DNA of 64,000 bases from Chiloscyllium plagiosum (GCF_004010195.1 NC_057719.1:70849526-70913525); one strand, 5' to 3'. Shown: positions 11,951 through 24,633, numbered from the stretch's first letter. The notes: generated by a model not told the origin, from the letters alone. Numbers and translations are program-made.

Positions 11951-14900
11951 GTAAGCATCTATTTTCCCTATTTTGCAATGGAGATGAGTATCCCTGTATC
12001 TTCTGACATTCACAGATTAATGTTTTCAATCCATTCTGGCTGAATTGAATTGAGAAGTACAATTCAGAAGATTTCTGGAAGTTTTTTCCCATTTCTCTAA
12101 CATCAGAATTTAGTGGAAATCCTGATTATGCGTGGATAAGCACCAGATTGTGTGACTGCACTCGAATTTCAAAGTAATTACAATGAAGGAAATAGACCAA
12201 GTCTTGTGGAATTCCCTGATCACTAACTGCTCAGACAGTTGGAAAGGGTGGGTTTTAGAACCTAAAGACTGCTGTACATTTGAATCACAATTGTTGCATT
12301 TTAAATTACTTTTTGGTGTAGTTTTTATGGCATTGAGATTTTTTAAAACTTCCTGTGGGTGTGTGAGAACACTGGAGGTTTAAGTTCTGTCAATGCCCAT
12401 ACCCAATCCACACCTAACAACAGTCAGAATTTCCCATGTGTAGGTTTACCTGTGGACATACACTTGTATATTTCTGTCATGGAGGAAGACAAGCAAAGGA
12501 GATTGGTGGAAAGTAAGAGAGAGGCAGCAATTAAGGAGGATGCATCCTGCAAAATATCATTCCACTGATTTATTTTAAAAATTAAGCATCACAGGTCCTA
12601 AGAAGTATGTAGCAGAAAGAATGCATTTCACAAAACTGAAAACTAACAGAAAGGTCTGCATGGTGACAGTCATGATTTGAAAATCATCATTATTATTACT
12701 ATTATTCAGGGCTGTATTCTGTCAACTGTGCGGTTGCTGGTCCTTCTATATATTCTATTGCACCAATGGTAGCTGGTCATGCCTTTATTGGGTTAAAGGG
12801 GATGGAAATCCTAGAGAAATATTTTATTGATGAGGGCTTAAAAATGATTTGGTTCCTTATGTTATCATTACAAAGGGCTGTGAATGTGATCATCCCAAAC
12901 ATCAATTGCCATGAATCCTCAACCACTGGTCTAAGAGGCTGCATGTGGATGTGATGTTGCATGGTCAAGCCCTCCAGGTGAATATCCCTAAGATCGAACT
13001 TCCACTGCTTTGCATATGGGAGACCTTTTCTGCAGGGAAAGTGACACATGTTTGCCTCATCCTACATTTCTACTTCATTTGTGCTCTCCATGTGATGCCA
13101 CATCCTTATTAACAGCATAGAATTCCCCTTGGCTGAAATAATGAGGTGAAGTGTGACATTTGAGGTCTGCTTTTGAGGGGCTGTCAGACAGTTGATGTGA
13201 AGGATGTAATAGTTTTACTTGTTAAAATGTAGCATGGGCTTTTAAAGTCTTACAAGCAAGTAATTGGTATTAGGCTTGGTGATAAAACACCCTATGAGAT
13301 TCTGAGCAGAAGGAAGTAGAAATGAGGATATCTGGTTCATCAGAGAATTATAAACCAGGGAAGATTTAACACAAAAATAAAGGCAGATCCAGCCTTCACA
13401 ATGCTACTGGAAAAATAGGACACAAATAAACTGTTTTTCTTTCATATGGTAGACACCAAAATTACCAATGTAATAATCTTTGACCAAAGAGGGGTCACTC
13501 TTAAAGAATGAATGGAAGTACAAAATGCCATCAGTAACGCACTCATGAATCAAGAACTAATAATCCAAAGTGTTATTATGCAGTATACATTCTGTACATA
13601 TTAGTCTTACTTCCTGTGTCAAGTTTTTATAATGGAAAAGCAGGATGTCAACATATCACAATGAAAAATCTATATGTAAACATCCATAATGGAAAATCTC
13701 TATCTAAACATGTCATCATTTCACAGCAACATTTTTCTGTCACATTTTGAATTAATCAAATCATTCAAAATGTTTTGTATAAAAAAGCTGGGGTTTTTTC
13801 TGTGTAGCTATAACATCTGTGCCAGCTTTCTCCTCTTTGGTGTGAAGCTTAGATAGGATGAGACTTCTAGTTAACCTCCCAAACCTTAAGTCCTGTTCCT
13901 AGATTAGGGATCACATCAGCTCCAGCATGGAACCCAGCAGTGCAAGGATGCAAAATCACTCTGATGCAGCAGTAGAGACACAAATAATGATATGTCGGTA
14001 TTTCTGGTAATAATTGCAGCATAAAATTTGTGTTCTTATATAGCTTCTGCGAGCAAAACCACAGGATATCAGTTGCTAATATATTGACAACCCTGTGCAC
14101 ACTGCACACTTCCTGAACCACTTTACCTGTCACACTATTTCCACCATGAATCACTCTCACATTTTAATGTTCTTATTTATTGTGCTAAGCTGTGTTCAGT
14201 TCCCCTGGTTGAGTCCATTAGTTCAATGGCATTGTGGTTCTGTTCATTTGATTATCTCTATTGCTGATGAACTAATGGGATTAAGTTTGGCCTTGATCCA
14301 GATACTCTGTCCAGGCATGATTTTTGCATTTCTCCCTCTCCATTTTTTTTCTTTTTACCTTTTTTTTTCCATTTGTTGTTTTTCAAGGTCTTCACTCCTT
14401 TCCATGAACTGCTGCCAGTTCTATGCCTTTATCAGTCTGTTTTGATTATCGTGCCATTGGACAGCATGTTCCTTCTAAACTCAGTCTACTTTTATAAGTC
14501 TCCTGGATCATAAATTCTCTTTTATTATTTTCCCATTTCATGGTGTGTTTTATTAATTAAAAAATATCCCATTACTGGATCTATTTATTTTTTGTTCTTT
14601 TCTTATTTTAATCCAATTGAGTTATTTATTATTGAATAGAAGCAATATGTGACTTGCTTATTTATTTCCTAATTTATTCCTAAAAGCCTTGTTGGGCTGA
14701 ATACTTTTTTACTGACTTTATTTAAAATGTAGTTTTTGTTGAGTCTTCATCCTTAATAGACGTTTTCTGTGGCCTCATTTGTAAAGCTCCATTGCTTGTT
14801 ATAATCCCTACCTCCACCACATTCCCTTGTTTTCTATAGATTGTCCTTTTGTCTGCTGGCTGCTCAATTTTGTTTTAAAATCCATGTCCACCATTTTGTT

Positions 14901-15649
14901 TTGAATGCTTATTCTTCTCAGAGACGTTTTGTTTTTATTTGCATTGTCTTCTCTGTTTTTTCCTTCTTTCTCACTGTTTTTCAAAAAAAAAGAAATCTCA
15001 ATGTCATTGTCTTTAATTTCTCCCCCATCAATTCAACCTCTATTTTTTCATTTTAAGCTCCTCACAAATCACCCTCAAAAGCTGATTACTTCCTTCACTT
15101 CTTCAGCTACTCAGTATTCCTCTCTCCAGCTTCACCACCAAATTTCAACTTGCAACTCATCTATGTCATCAGTTTCCATGGATTGAAGGGTAGCTAATGT
15201 AACCCTACTATCAGGAGATGGAGAGTAAGTGGGGAATTATGCACCTGTTAGTCAGTCATCGGTACTGTGGAAAATGCTACACCCCATTATGAAAGATTGC
15301 ACAGAACACTTTGTAAACACTGACAGGATCAGACAGAGTCAGCATGGATTTTGAAAGGGAAATCATGCTTGACAAATCTACTGGGATATTTCAAGGATTT
15401 AATTAATACAATTGGTAATGGGGAGCCGGTGAATGTACTTTACTGTCAGAAGGCTTTCAATAAGGTCCCAGAAAAAGATTAGCATGTACAATTCAAGCAC
15501 ATTAGATTGGCAGCTGAGGTACAAAGAGTAGAAATGAGAGGGGTTTTTACTGAATGGCTAGATGATGGGTACCACAGGATCGGTGTTTGGACCCAGCTAT
15601 TCACAATATATCAGGCTGTAAGTTTGCTCGCTGAGCTGGTAGATTTGTT

Positions 15650-15691
15650 CTCAGACGTTTCTACACGATGCTGGGTAACATCAACAGTGAG
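15650..15691 (-). ncRNA. Degenerate type-I hammerhead ribozyme (PLE left arm)
   Basis: CUCA-CUGUUGA-U-GUUACC-CAGCAU-CGUGUA-GAAAC-GUC-UGAG. Stem I CUCA/UGAG is intact, core A6 is mutated and stem II is disrupted. Confidence 0.6.
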
Positions 15692-16071
15692 CCTCCAATG
15701 AAGCACTGGTGTTCTGTCCCACTTGCTACTTATGTGTCTTGGCCTGCTGTGGTAGGTGATGTCACTTCCGGTTCTTTTTCTGAGAGGTTGGTAAATGGCG
15801 TCCCAAATCGATACGTTTGTTAAAAGAGCTTTGGTTTGAATTCCAGGCCTTCAGAAATTACCTGTGTGTGTTTTTGTTTAGCCTGTCCCAGGATACATGT
15901 ATTGTCATAGTCAAACTGGTGTCCCTCTTCATCTGTGTGTATGGATGCCAAAAGACATAACCAAATATGACTAGGATCCATACACACAGATGAAGAGGTA
16001 CACCAGTTCAACTGGAACAATAAACAAAGACATGCATGGGAATTTATGGAGGCCTGGCATTCAAACCAGAA

Positions 16072-16205
16072 GGAGAAAGTGAGGTCTGCAGATGCTGGAG
16101 ATCAGAGCTGAAAATGTGTTGCTGGAAAAGCGCAGCAGGTCAGGCAGCATCCAGGGAACAGGAGAGAAATCTTTGAGGAGAAAGTGAGGTCTGCAGATGC
16201 TGGAG
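16072..16205 (-). mobile_element. Short PLE-associated element with a duplicated 3' tail, nested in the PLE
   Basis: Perfect 13-bp TSD ATTCAAACCAGAA (16059-16071, 16206-16218). GGAGAAAGTGAGGTCTGCAGATGCTGGAGAT is present twice. Confidence 0.75.
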
Positions 16206-16353
16206 ATTCAAACCAGAACTCCATTAACAAACATATAGACTTGGATCCCATTTACCAACCTCTCAGAAAAAGAATCAAAGTGATATCACCCACCACAATA
16301 GGCCAAGACACACAAATAGAAAGTGGGACAGAACACCAGCGCTTCATTGGAGG

Positions 16354-16395
16354 CTCACTGATGATGGTACCTTACATGGTGACAAAACGTCTGAG
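16354..16395 (+). ncRNA. Degenerate type-I hammerhead ribozyme (PLE right arm)
   Basis: CUCA-CUGAUGA-U-GGUACC-UUACAU-GGUGAC-AAAAC-GUC-UGAG. GAAA has become AAAA at a CpG position. Confidence 0.65.
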
Positions 16396-19282
16396 AAAAA
16401 AATCTACCAGCTCAGTGAGCAAACCTACAGCCTGATCCACAACCATGAGCTACAAATCTTCTCCAAAATCGCATTGACAATATATATTAATGATTTAAAA
16501 TAAGGGAACTGAATGTAACATTTCCAAGTTTTCAGATGACACAAAGCTGGGTGGGAGGGTAATCTGTGAGTAAGGAGCTTTGTGTGATTTGACCAAGTGA
16601 AATGAGAGGCCAAATGCGTGGCAGATGAAGTACAATGGAGATAAATGTGAGATTATCCACTTTGGTAGCAAAAACAGGAAGGAAGATTATTTAGCTAAAT
16701 GGCAATAGATCTGGGAAGGGAGAGTTGCAATGAAACTTGGGTGTCCTTGAGCACCAGTCACTGAAAGTAAGCATGGAAATGCAGCAGATAGTGAAGAACA
16801 CAATTGGTATGTTGGCTTTTGTAGCAAGAGGAATCGAGTATGGGAGCAAGGATGTCTTGCACAATTATGCAGGATCTGGGCGAGACCAGAGCTGGAGCAA
16901 TTCTGTGCAATTTTGGTTTCCTTATCTGAAGAAAGATGTTTTGGCTATGGAGGCAATGCAACAAAGATTTACCAAACTAATTCCTGGAATAGCAGGACCG
17001 ATGTACCGTGAGAGACTGGATCAGTTACAATTATGTTAACTGGAGTTTAGAATTGGGGGGGAGGGATCCTTTAAAACCTAAGAAAGTCCTAATAGGATTA
17101 CATAGGGTAAACACAGGAAGGATGTTCCTGGTGAGTGGGGAGCCCTGAACTACAGATTAACATTTAAGGAGAGAGGGCAGGCCATTTAGGATTGAGGTGA
17201 AGAGAAATTTCTTCAGCCAGAGAGTGGCAAGCCTGGGGAATGTTTTGCCATGGAAAGCATTGTGAGTGAAAATGTTGAATGTTTTCAAGAAAGGGTTAGA
17301 TATTGTTCTTAGGGTTAAAGGGATCAAAGGGTTTCTGAAGATTACAGAAACAGGGTGTGAAGTTGGATGATCAGCCTTGATTATTTTGAATGGCAGAGTA
17401 GGCTCAAAGGATTAATTGGCCCACTTGTGCTTGTATTTTCTATGTTTCTATTTCTACTCAGCACTTGTATCCCATTCATCATAACCACTGTAGCAATGCA
17501 TTCGCTACCCAAAAATATCCTCAGCATCATTTCCTTCTTCCCTGCTTGGTGGTAATTTGTTGTTGTTTCAGTGGAAATAAGCATCAGGTGGATTCTGTAA
17601 TGGACAAATCTTCCAGTGTCAATTTACTGTGTATGGGGTGGATTAACATTTTCACCCCTACTCACCCCTCATCGCCACCCCATCACTTCATCTGTAATTT
17701 CTCATGAGGAATACTGCAGGAATTCTGCTCATAGTAATAAAAAGATGTTGACATGTTAAGGCACAATAGGTTGATGGTCCCTGCTAAGGATTTCCCTTCC
17801 TAATATTTCCACATAGGCTTTTTCATTGTGAAATGCAACATCCATGGATAGCCATTCAATTTTGTCATCAGCACCCAAAAGGTTAAAGAAACTCTCCATG
17901 CAGCTAACAGATATATTCATTAATCCCACGCTTACCATCATTGCGTGATGATAAATTCCTGCTTGTTGAAGGCAATGAAAGGTTTAAAAATATCCTGCAA
18001 TGCAAGATATGAAATAACAACCTGCCATCTGCTATTGGCAGACTAATCTCTGCCAGTCACAGGTAGAATTTAAAACCTGGCCAATTTTTTTAAAGTGTCC
18101 AAACAGTCAGATGTATCACAGTCCCAGAAATAAACCAGCAATTTAAATAATGTCTTAAAAATCACTTTGGCATCTGAAGTTGGAATTGTAGTTAGCAAAG
18201 ATAGCAGGACAATTAGAATTTCACAATGTAAGTGTCAAAAGCAAATATGAGTTGCAATCTATTATAGAGGTCAATTTTAATTTTGCAGACTTAACATATA
18301 AAGAAGATCAATGGGTTAGGTGAATGCTAAACTTTTTTGAGTTTATGGATGATCCAACAAAATACATTCACATCTGTGATAAAGAATAAAAATTGAACAA
18401 CTTGCTGTAATGTGCCATTTGTGCCATTACCACCCTGCCAAAAAACTCTCTTTCCAAGTCGTCCATTTACTGCTTATAGTTCCAAAAGAAAGTTAACAGC
18501 CAACCCTTACTGAACAAAGTAACTGAATAAATAACATGTCTGCGAGTTCCTCCAATATTTCATATCTCATTGGCTGTTTCAAGCATGTTTTAGGAATGAA
18601 GAAGCACATTTTCACACTTATCATCATATCAATGAAATACTGACATCTGTGGAACTACAACAGATGTATACATCTGACAATTGTGCAGAGGAGTTAAATG
18701 TCAAGAAACCAAACTGTGTTGTTTGCATTGGTCTTTCTCTCTTCTTGGCTAACTAGGTTTCACAATTGCTGCAAAAGGTCAAAACCACAGCATGATAGAT
18801 AGAAACTGAGATCCAGAGAAATACTTTATGGTCTTGAAATCCTTAAATTGTTGAGGGACATTTAAACTGCAGTATAATGGCATGGCTGATAATTTGTGAC
18901 TCTTTATACCAATGCACGCAGGGTAGTATGTTCGAATAGATGGCAATATAGAGGCAGTCAGTGCAAGCTTAAAGCGCAACATGTGACATGAGCTGTTACT
19001 TAAGAGTATGAAGCAGAACATCTGATACAAACTGTCAGGGGATCCAGTATAACAGGAGCTGTCAGTTAAGAAGCACAGTGTGAGATAAGATTTGAGTTAG
19101 AGGACAGTAGAGAAGAATGAATGGTCATGAATGACAATGTTACAGTATAATCTAACTAAAAATAGATACACCTTCAGCATTTTCAGTGAAAATTAACTGT
19201 CCCATTGTCTAATTGATGCATTGAATGGCTAATAGGATTTTTGACGACTAGGTTCTTTACAGAAAATATGATAATAATGATA

Positions 19283-19535
19283 GAGGTGGTATGGTGTCTC
19301 AGTGGTTAGTACTGCTACCTCACAGCACTAAGGACTTGGGTTTGATTCCATCATTAGATGACTCTGTGTGAAGTTTGTACATTCTCCCTGTTTCCAGATG
19401 GGTGTGCTCCAGTTTCCTCCCAGAATTTAAAGATGTGCCAGTCAAGTAGATTGGCCATGCTAAATTCCCGACATTATCCAATGATGTCTAGGTTAGGTGG
19501 ATTAACCATGGAAAATGCAGAGTTACAGGGGTAGG
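19283..19535 (+). mobile_element. V-SINE (HE1-like), diverged
   Basis: Head TCTCAGTGGTTAGTACTGCTACCTCACAGC and V-domain TGTGTGAAGTTTGTACATTCTCCC. Confidence 0.75.
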
Positions 19536-19739
19536 AAGTACCCTACTCCTGTTTTCATTTTTTAAAATTACTTAATAGTTAAAGAGGAAAAAAAATGTGA
19601 CTTTCTTGAGTTTGACTAACAATTTCAATTTAAGGTTGAAAGAAACATTAGATTGGAAGGGCTTAACTGCTGAATGCTTTCTAATAGACTGTACGTTATA
19701 AATATTACAAATTAAGTTTCAAATTTTTTTTTTAAAAAG

Positions 19740-20075
19740 TCATTCACATGGTGAGGGCATTGATGGCTAGACGAGTATTTATTGCCCATTCCTAATTGCC
19801 CAGAAGGCAGTTGAGAGTCAACTGTGTTGCTGTGGATCTAGAGTGACATGTAGACCAGATCAGGTAAGGATGGCATTTTCCTTCCATCAGGGCCATTAGT
19901 GAACCAGGTGGGTTTTTCTTCAGCAATAGCTCCATGGTCATCATTAAGATTTTAATTCCAGACATTTATTGACTTTTATTTAATCATCTATCATGGCAGG
20001 GTTGGAACCCAGGTCTCCAGATATGACCAGGGTCTCTGGATTAACGGGCCAGGGATAATAACACAAGGCCATTCA
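19740..20075 (-). mobile_element. tRNA-derived SINE sharing its 3' tail with the second CR1 family
   Basis: Minus strand has a box B-like GGGTTCCAACCC and ends GGGCAATAAATACT...ATGTGAATG, like the tail at 11900-11945. Confidence 0.6.
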
Positions 20076-20834
20076 CTGCTCCTTACATAAAATATAAGGA
20101 GTTACATAGGTTTCTAAGAAAATGGTCATCATAATATCAACTGATGCCTTGCTCTGTCAAAGAAAATCTTTTGGCTTTCTATTGTAGGCAACATTTTAAA
20201 ATTTAATGGTAGGCTTAACCAAGCCAATATCTTTACATTGTCTGATCATTCAAGACTTCAGGAAAATTGAAAAAGTTAAGGAGAAGGTTTTCAGTTGATT
20301 GAATTCTTAATGGCTCTTGTTAAGGTTCCCAAATTAATCTTACAGAGATTCTCAAAACCAAATGTAGTATGGTACTGAAGGCACATGCAGACCATTCCTA
20401 CATAGACAGCTGATTTTTATCATTAAGTGCGCACACAGAAGCAACTTGACTTTCAGGTTTGCATTCTATATATTTAAAAATACAGAAGGCTCAATAAATT
20501 GTATAAGCATTTTTTTAAAATATGGTTTTGGAGCATTTTGGAGCTGTACTATGGACAGCTGGAAAGCCCAAGAGATGTGAAACTATTTGCTTGGTTTCAA
20601 TGTGTTTGGATGTGAGCTGGATAATCGACTCTCAAGTTAAAATGTTGCTGCTGTGAAATATCAGCAATTGTTTTACATCTACAGCTTCTCTCAGGACAGA
20701 TGTTATCTAACATGTTTCCAACATTTCCTGTTATTAATTTCCAGCAGTATTTTGCTATTGTTGGTGTTAATTATGTTTATTTTGGAGTGTAGTGATGCTG
20801 GAAAGAGAAATAAAACATCCAAATGAAATACATT

Positions 20835-21100
20835 AAAAATCCCACAACCATCAACGAGATTATAAACTGTTTAACTGGTGCTGGATGAGAGATAAATATT
20901 GTCTAGGACATCAGATGCGTTCGGCTGCTCTTCTTTGACGAGTTCACTTTTTAAATGTTCAGTTGTGGATTTCTTGATTAAAACCATTCTCCAGAAATAT
21001 CATAGTGCTTTGCTGAAGCGTCAGCCTACATTATGGGCTCAAGTGTCGGGAGGGTGGCTTGAATCCAGTATATTCAGTAAGAATGCTACATTGAGCCAGT
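20835..21100 (-). mobile_element. Highly decayed DeuSINE-like (SacSINE1-like) remnant
   Basis: GAGATAAATATTGTCTAGGACA...GCTCTTCTTTGA...GTCAGCCTACATTATGGGCTCAAGT...GGCTTGAA parallels 57970-58326. Confidence 0.4.
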
Positions 21101-21949
21101 TCATTGAAAACAAATGGTTAACAACGCCAGTAAAATACCGAGGAAAAGAGTTCCAGAGAAATATTTTACGAATCTTATTTTCAAATAAAAACAACATAAT
21201 TCCCAGTCCACAATAAATATTATTCACCCAGAAAATTTGTCCTTGCCTGAATCACACATAGCCAGTTAAATTCCTCAGATAACGTTCCGCATCTGTACTC
21301 CCCCGCTCCACATAAAGCAAAACGCTCTAATGTCCAGCACTTCCTACCTTCCACGTTGCCAACTTTCTTACTTTCCTTCGCATGAGAGGGTGGTTCGTCT
21401 CAATTGTTCACGAATTGTTCACCTTCCATACCACATTCAATTATTTTCTCTTTGTACCTGCTCTGATAATCCTCAGTGCTCCCAGATTGAGGAGTCTTCC
21501 AGTGTTCAGGGCGATGCAGGAAACAGAGCACATGGTTACATACGTGTTCAGGTGACCAGCCTGAAGCCCGAGGCTGCACCTTGAGGGTCATCGTTCCACA
21601 TCAAGCAACGATAACATTTAACCAATAATCCAGTAAATAAGACCATCTGATACTTTGACGGGGGGTGGGATATGGTAAACCGCAAGGGGCAAAACCTACG
21701 TTGAAATCAACGACCTTTTAAGTATACCACTGGGGACAAGTTGACAACAGTAGTTTGTATCTCAAGCCTTGGTTCTAATGTTAATACGACATTTTAATTG
21801 GGTGTTTTCCTTTAAACCAACATCGCATTACCCTGGGTAGCTGCATCATGCTTATAGCATGATCCGGGGATTGAGTCATCTTTGTTTAATACATTGATCT
21901 AGGCCATATATTGCCCCACAATGTCGGTTACTCCTTGCAAGGGGGTCTG

Positions 21950-22140
21950 TTAATCTCAGTTGACTGGACGGTTCCCTACAATGCTAATAACGTGTGTTCA
22001 ATTCCCGCACCGCCTCAGGTTACCATGAACGACTCTCTTTCTCAGCATCTTCTCTCACCTGAGGAGTGGTCACCTTCAGGTTAAACCACTGCCAGTCGCC
22101 TCTCCCCCTCTCAGGAGAGAGCAGACTGCGGTGACATTAT
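21950..22140 (+). mobile_element. Older tRNA-headed SINE (family B)
   Basis: CTCAGTTGACTGG, GTTCAATTCC and CTCACCTGAGGAGTGGTCACCTTCAGGTTAAAC. Similar to 57205-57430. Confidence 0.55.
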
Positions 22141-22321
22141 TTTTACCGATTCCTGTCACATCGGGATGATGAAATTTTGAGTTCAACGGTCAAATGATTA
22201 CCTTGCATTTCTTTGAGTATTCATATTCGAAAATAAACCGTGCAAATATGAAGAATTCTTAGTGAAACGAATGTGTCTGCAGTGAGTGAAACTTGTACTT
22301 GCGTGGCTCTTTCAATGTAGA

Positions 22322-22452
22322 GGGCAAAGTGAGGACTGCAGGTGCTGGAGACCAGGGTCCAGGTCAGAGTGTTGCTGGAAAAGCACAGCAGGTCAGGCAG
22401 CATCCCAGGAGCAGGAAAATCGACGTTTCGGGCATAAGCCTTTCATCAGGAA
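22322..22452 (-). mobile_element. Short PLE-associated element with a hammerhead at its 5' end
   Basis: Family core GCTGGAAAAGCACAGCAGGTCAGGCAGCATCC. Minus-strand motif CUGAUGA-A-AGGC-UUAU-GCCC-GAAAC-GUC at 22422-22449, with one stem II mismatch. Confidence 0.7.
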
Positions 22453-22676
22453 TAGAGGCCTTCATTTTCCTCTTTTAATATAAAGGCAAGTCTTTAATGA
22501 GCAACTTTAATACCAGTTTTGATTGTGCAGCAAAAAAAAGCCCTATAAATGTTGATTATTTGAATTTAGCTGCGGACTAAAACCCTGATCAATTAATTAC
22601 TATGAAACAGTCTCCACTGCAATACATCACACGATACTAGTTTCAGTGATTTACGATCGGCAGTCATCATATATGG

Positions 22677-22804
22677 TAAAAACAATGGCTGCAGATGCTG
22701 GAAACCAGATTCTGGATTAGTGGTGCTGGAAGAGCACAGCAGTTCAGGCAGCATCCGAGGAGCAGTAAAATCGACGTTTCGGGCAAAAGCCCTTCATCAG
22801 GAAT
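22677..22804 (-). mobile_element. Short PLE-associated element with a hammerhead at its 5' end
   Basis: Same family. Flanked by ATATGG (22671-22676, 22806-22811), a possible short TSD. Confidence 0.7.
22768..22804 (-). ncRNA. Minimal type-I hammerhead ribozyme, intact core
   Basis: AUUC-CUGAUGA-A-GGGC-UUUU-GCCC-GAAAC-GUC-GAUU. Conserved core, 4-bp stem II, palindromic ACGU in place of stem III, weak stem I. Confidence 0.7.
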
Positions 22805-23724
22805 AATATGGAGTATTGCATGGTGTAAGATATCAGTGACAAGTAACCATGTACATTTGGATCGAGGCTGCGTTCCTTTAGCTAATTTTAAAAGTTAGGA
22901 GGCAACAGGGCGCAGGGAGGGAGTGGGGGGGGGGGGAGGGTGCAAAGAGGGGAGTAGAATTCTGTCTTTTATAACATTAGGCGAGTAAACAGCAAGTTTT
23001 TCGATGTGACTGCCAGTATATGACAGGTAACTGACAGTGATCACTTCCTTCGAAATTAATACACATCAATAGGAGCTCTACCTCTTTGCCCAGCGCCGAG
23101 ACAGTCCCGCTCTGGCAGCATAGAGCTGACTGGGAAGGCCTATAGCACATGTCCAGTGCTGCCGGACTGATTGTCACTCGCAAAGCGAGTATGCAACACT
23201 AAAGGCAGAAAAAAGAAATTGGAAACAAAGTGGGGTGGAAGAATGCGTTGTGGGCAGTATCAAAAACTCGAGCAAACTGTAAAAGGGAAACAATACAGAA
23301 AATAGGTGCAGACAAATTGGAATAAAATGAGAAGTAGCGATCAAATTGAAATATCTCATATATAGATATAGAATGAAATATTAATAAATAATTCGGAAGG
23401 TAGTACGTGGCATATATTTGGAAGTGCTTGTGGAAGGATCTCGACTACGTGAAGGATAAAGATGTTACTTGTCTGAGAATAAGGGAAGTCTGGTGAAACG
23501 TGTAAATTTTAAAAATATGCTTGTATGTCAAACAAGGAATGCGTAACTTTGGTAGTCTGAGCGAACTTTGGTTTAGATTTCATCATAACTGCACCCATTT
23601 TCTAACGTTCACTTGTGGTCGTTTTTCTGTAATATTGAGCGAACAAACTGTGCCTGTGACTGCCTCCGCTGCTGCTCCTCATGTAAACGGGGAGATATTC
23701 AGCTCCGTGCAGAGATACACACTG

Positions 23725-23740
23725 CCACTTGGTGGCGCTG
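23725..23740 (+). promoter_or_regulatory. Candidate CTCF site
   Basis: CCACTTGGTGGCGCTG, one mismatch to CCASYAGRKGGCRS, with TGCAG 12 nt upstream (U-motif-like). Confidence 0.4.
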
Positions 23741-24633
23741 AAGAGGCGCGAAGCCCGATACGAAGCATCTATTTGATGGAGGTCACTAGACCATCAGTGC
23801 CCCAAGTGTTCTGCCAACGATTAACAAAAACCGCAAAACTATGATGAAATTACAAAGTTGCCGAATATTAGGGTTGGAATTAGTTGAATTCGCCTAGCTT
23901 TGTACATTTTATGAAACCAATGTAACAGAAACTTTAGGTGGCACTTGTTAACTCTCTCCATCCATCTCTACAATATCTGTACTGGCTGCCTCAGTTTGCC
24001 ACAGGATTATCAAACTCTAAACCCAACAGTAGACTTTATTTTCTACCTTTAGTTCGAGAATAAAGGGCGCGATAAACTACCAATTTTGACACCATCGGTT
24101 CTTTTCCAACAGTTCGGCTAAAGAAGTTTGCTCGAAGTCTTCCATACTTGATCGAATCTCTAATTTCGTGCGTTTGGTTGCGAAATGCTAGAAACTGTGT
24201 TAAAATCTGCATTTTCTACACGAACAGTGATCCCTGCAGCTTTGACGCCAATTGCAATGTTAAGCTTTATTGTATGTGTAAATGACCTTTACAATTTTCT
24301 GAAGCTCAGAAATCAACTAGTTATTCGAAAGGTCTCAATGAAATCCATCCTTTTTTTTTAAAAAAGAAGGCATTTATCAGCTATCGACCCGCTTTATCCT
24401 GTCACTTTTAGCAGTGATATTTTTACAAAGAGCGCGGTCCATGCGCTGTTTCCTCGATTTTCAGGCATGCCTTCTCCCTATAGAATAACAAGAGACAACT
24501 CGATTAGAGGGGAAAGATTAGCATATTATCAAAGAAGATAAAGCTTTATAGTCCTATCACAAAGTCGACCTGCCAGAAAGGTGGAATCTGAATTTCGTGT
24601 TGGATGGATTAGAAACAAAACGGAAGAGCGGCC

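Larger units (their letters stand above)
15612..16472. mobile_element. Penelope-like element remnant in inverted-repeat configuration (GIY-YIG C-terminus plus pLTR on both arms)
   Basis: 15611-15946 is the reverse complement of ~15975-16436. Peptides IHTDEEGHQFDYDNTCILGQAKQKH and EFMEAWHSNQ|NSINKHIDLDPIYQPL match the C-terminal part of the PLE GIY-YIG endonuclease. TSD ATTCACAATATAT (15599-15611) / ATTGACAATATAT (16473-16485). Confidence 0.85.
15167..17456 (+). mobile_element. Decayed CR1 LINE RT/ORF2, interrupted by a PLE at 15612-16472
   Basis: Remnants RVANVT, SQHGF..GKSCLTNL, QKAFNKVP and G.PQ..V.GPQLFTIY, resuming after the insertion as TIYINDL...SKFSDDTKLG. ORF 16737-17039. (TTCTATG)-type tail near 17440. 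Confidence 0.85.

Noticed and set aside
13675..13696. TGTAAACATCC, identical to the 5' end of miR-30
   Set aside because: No complementary star arm. It is part of a small 28-bp imperfect tandem duplication.
18661..18676. Perfect 16-bp palindrome CAGATGTATACATCTG
   Set aside because: About one such palindrome is expected by chance in 64 kb.
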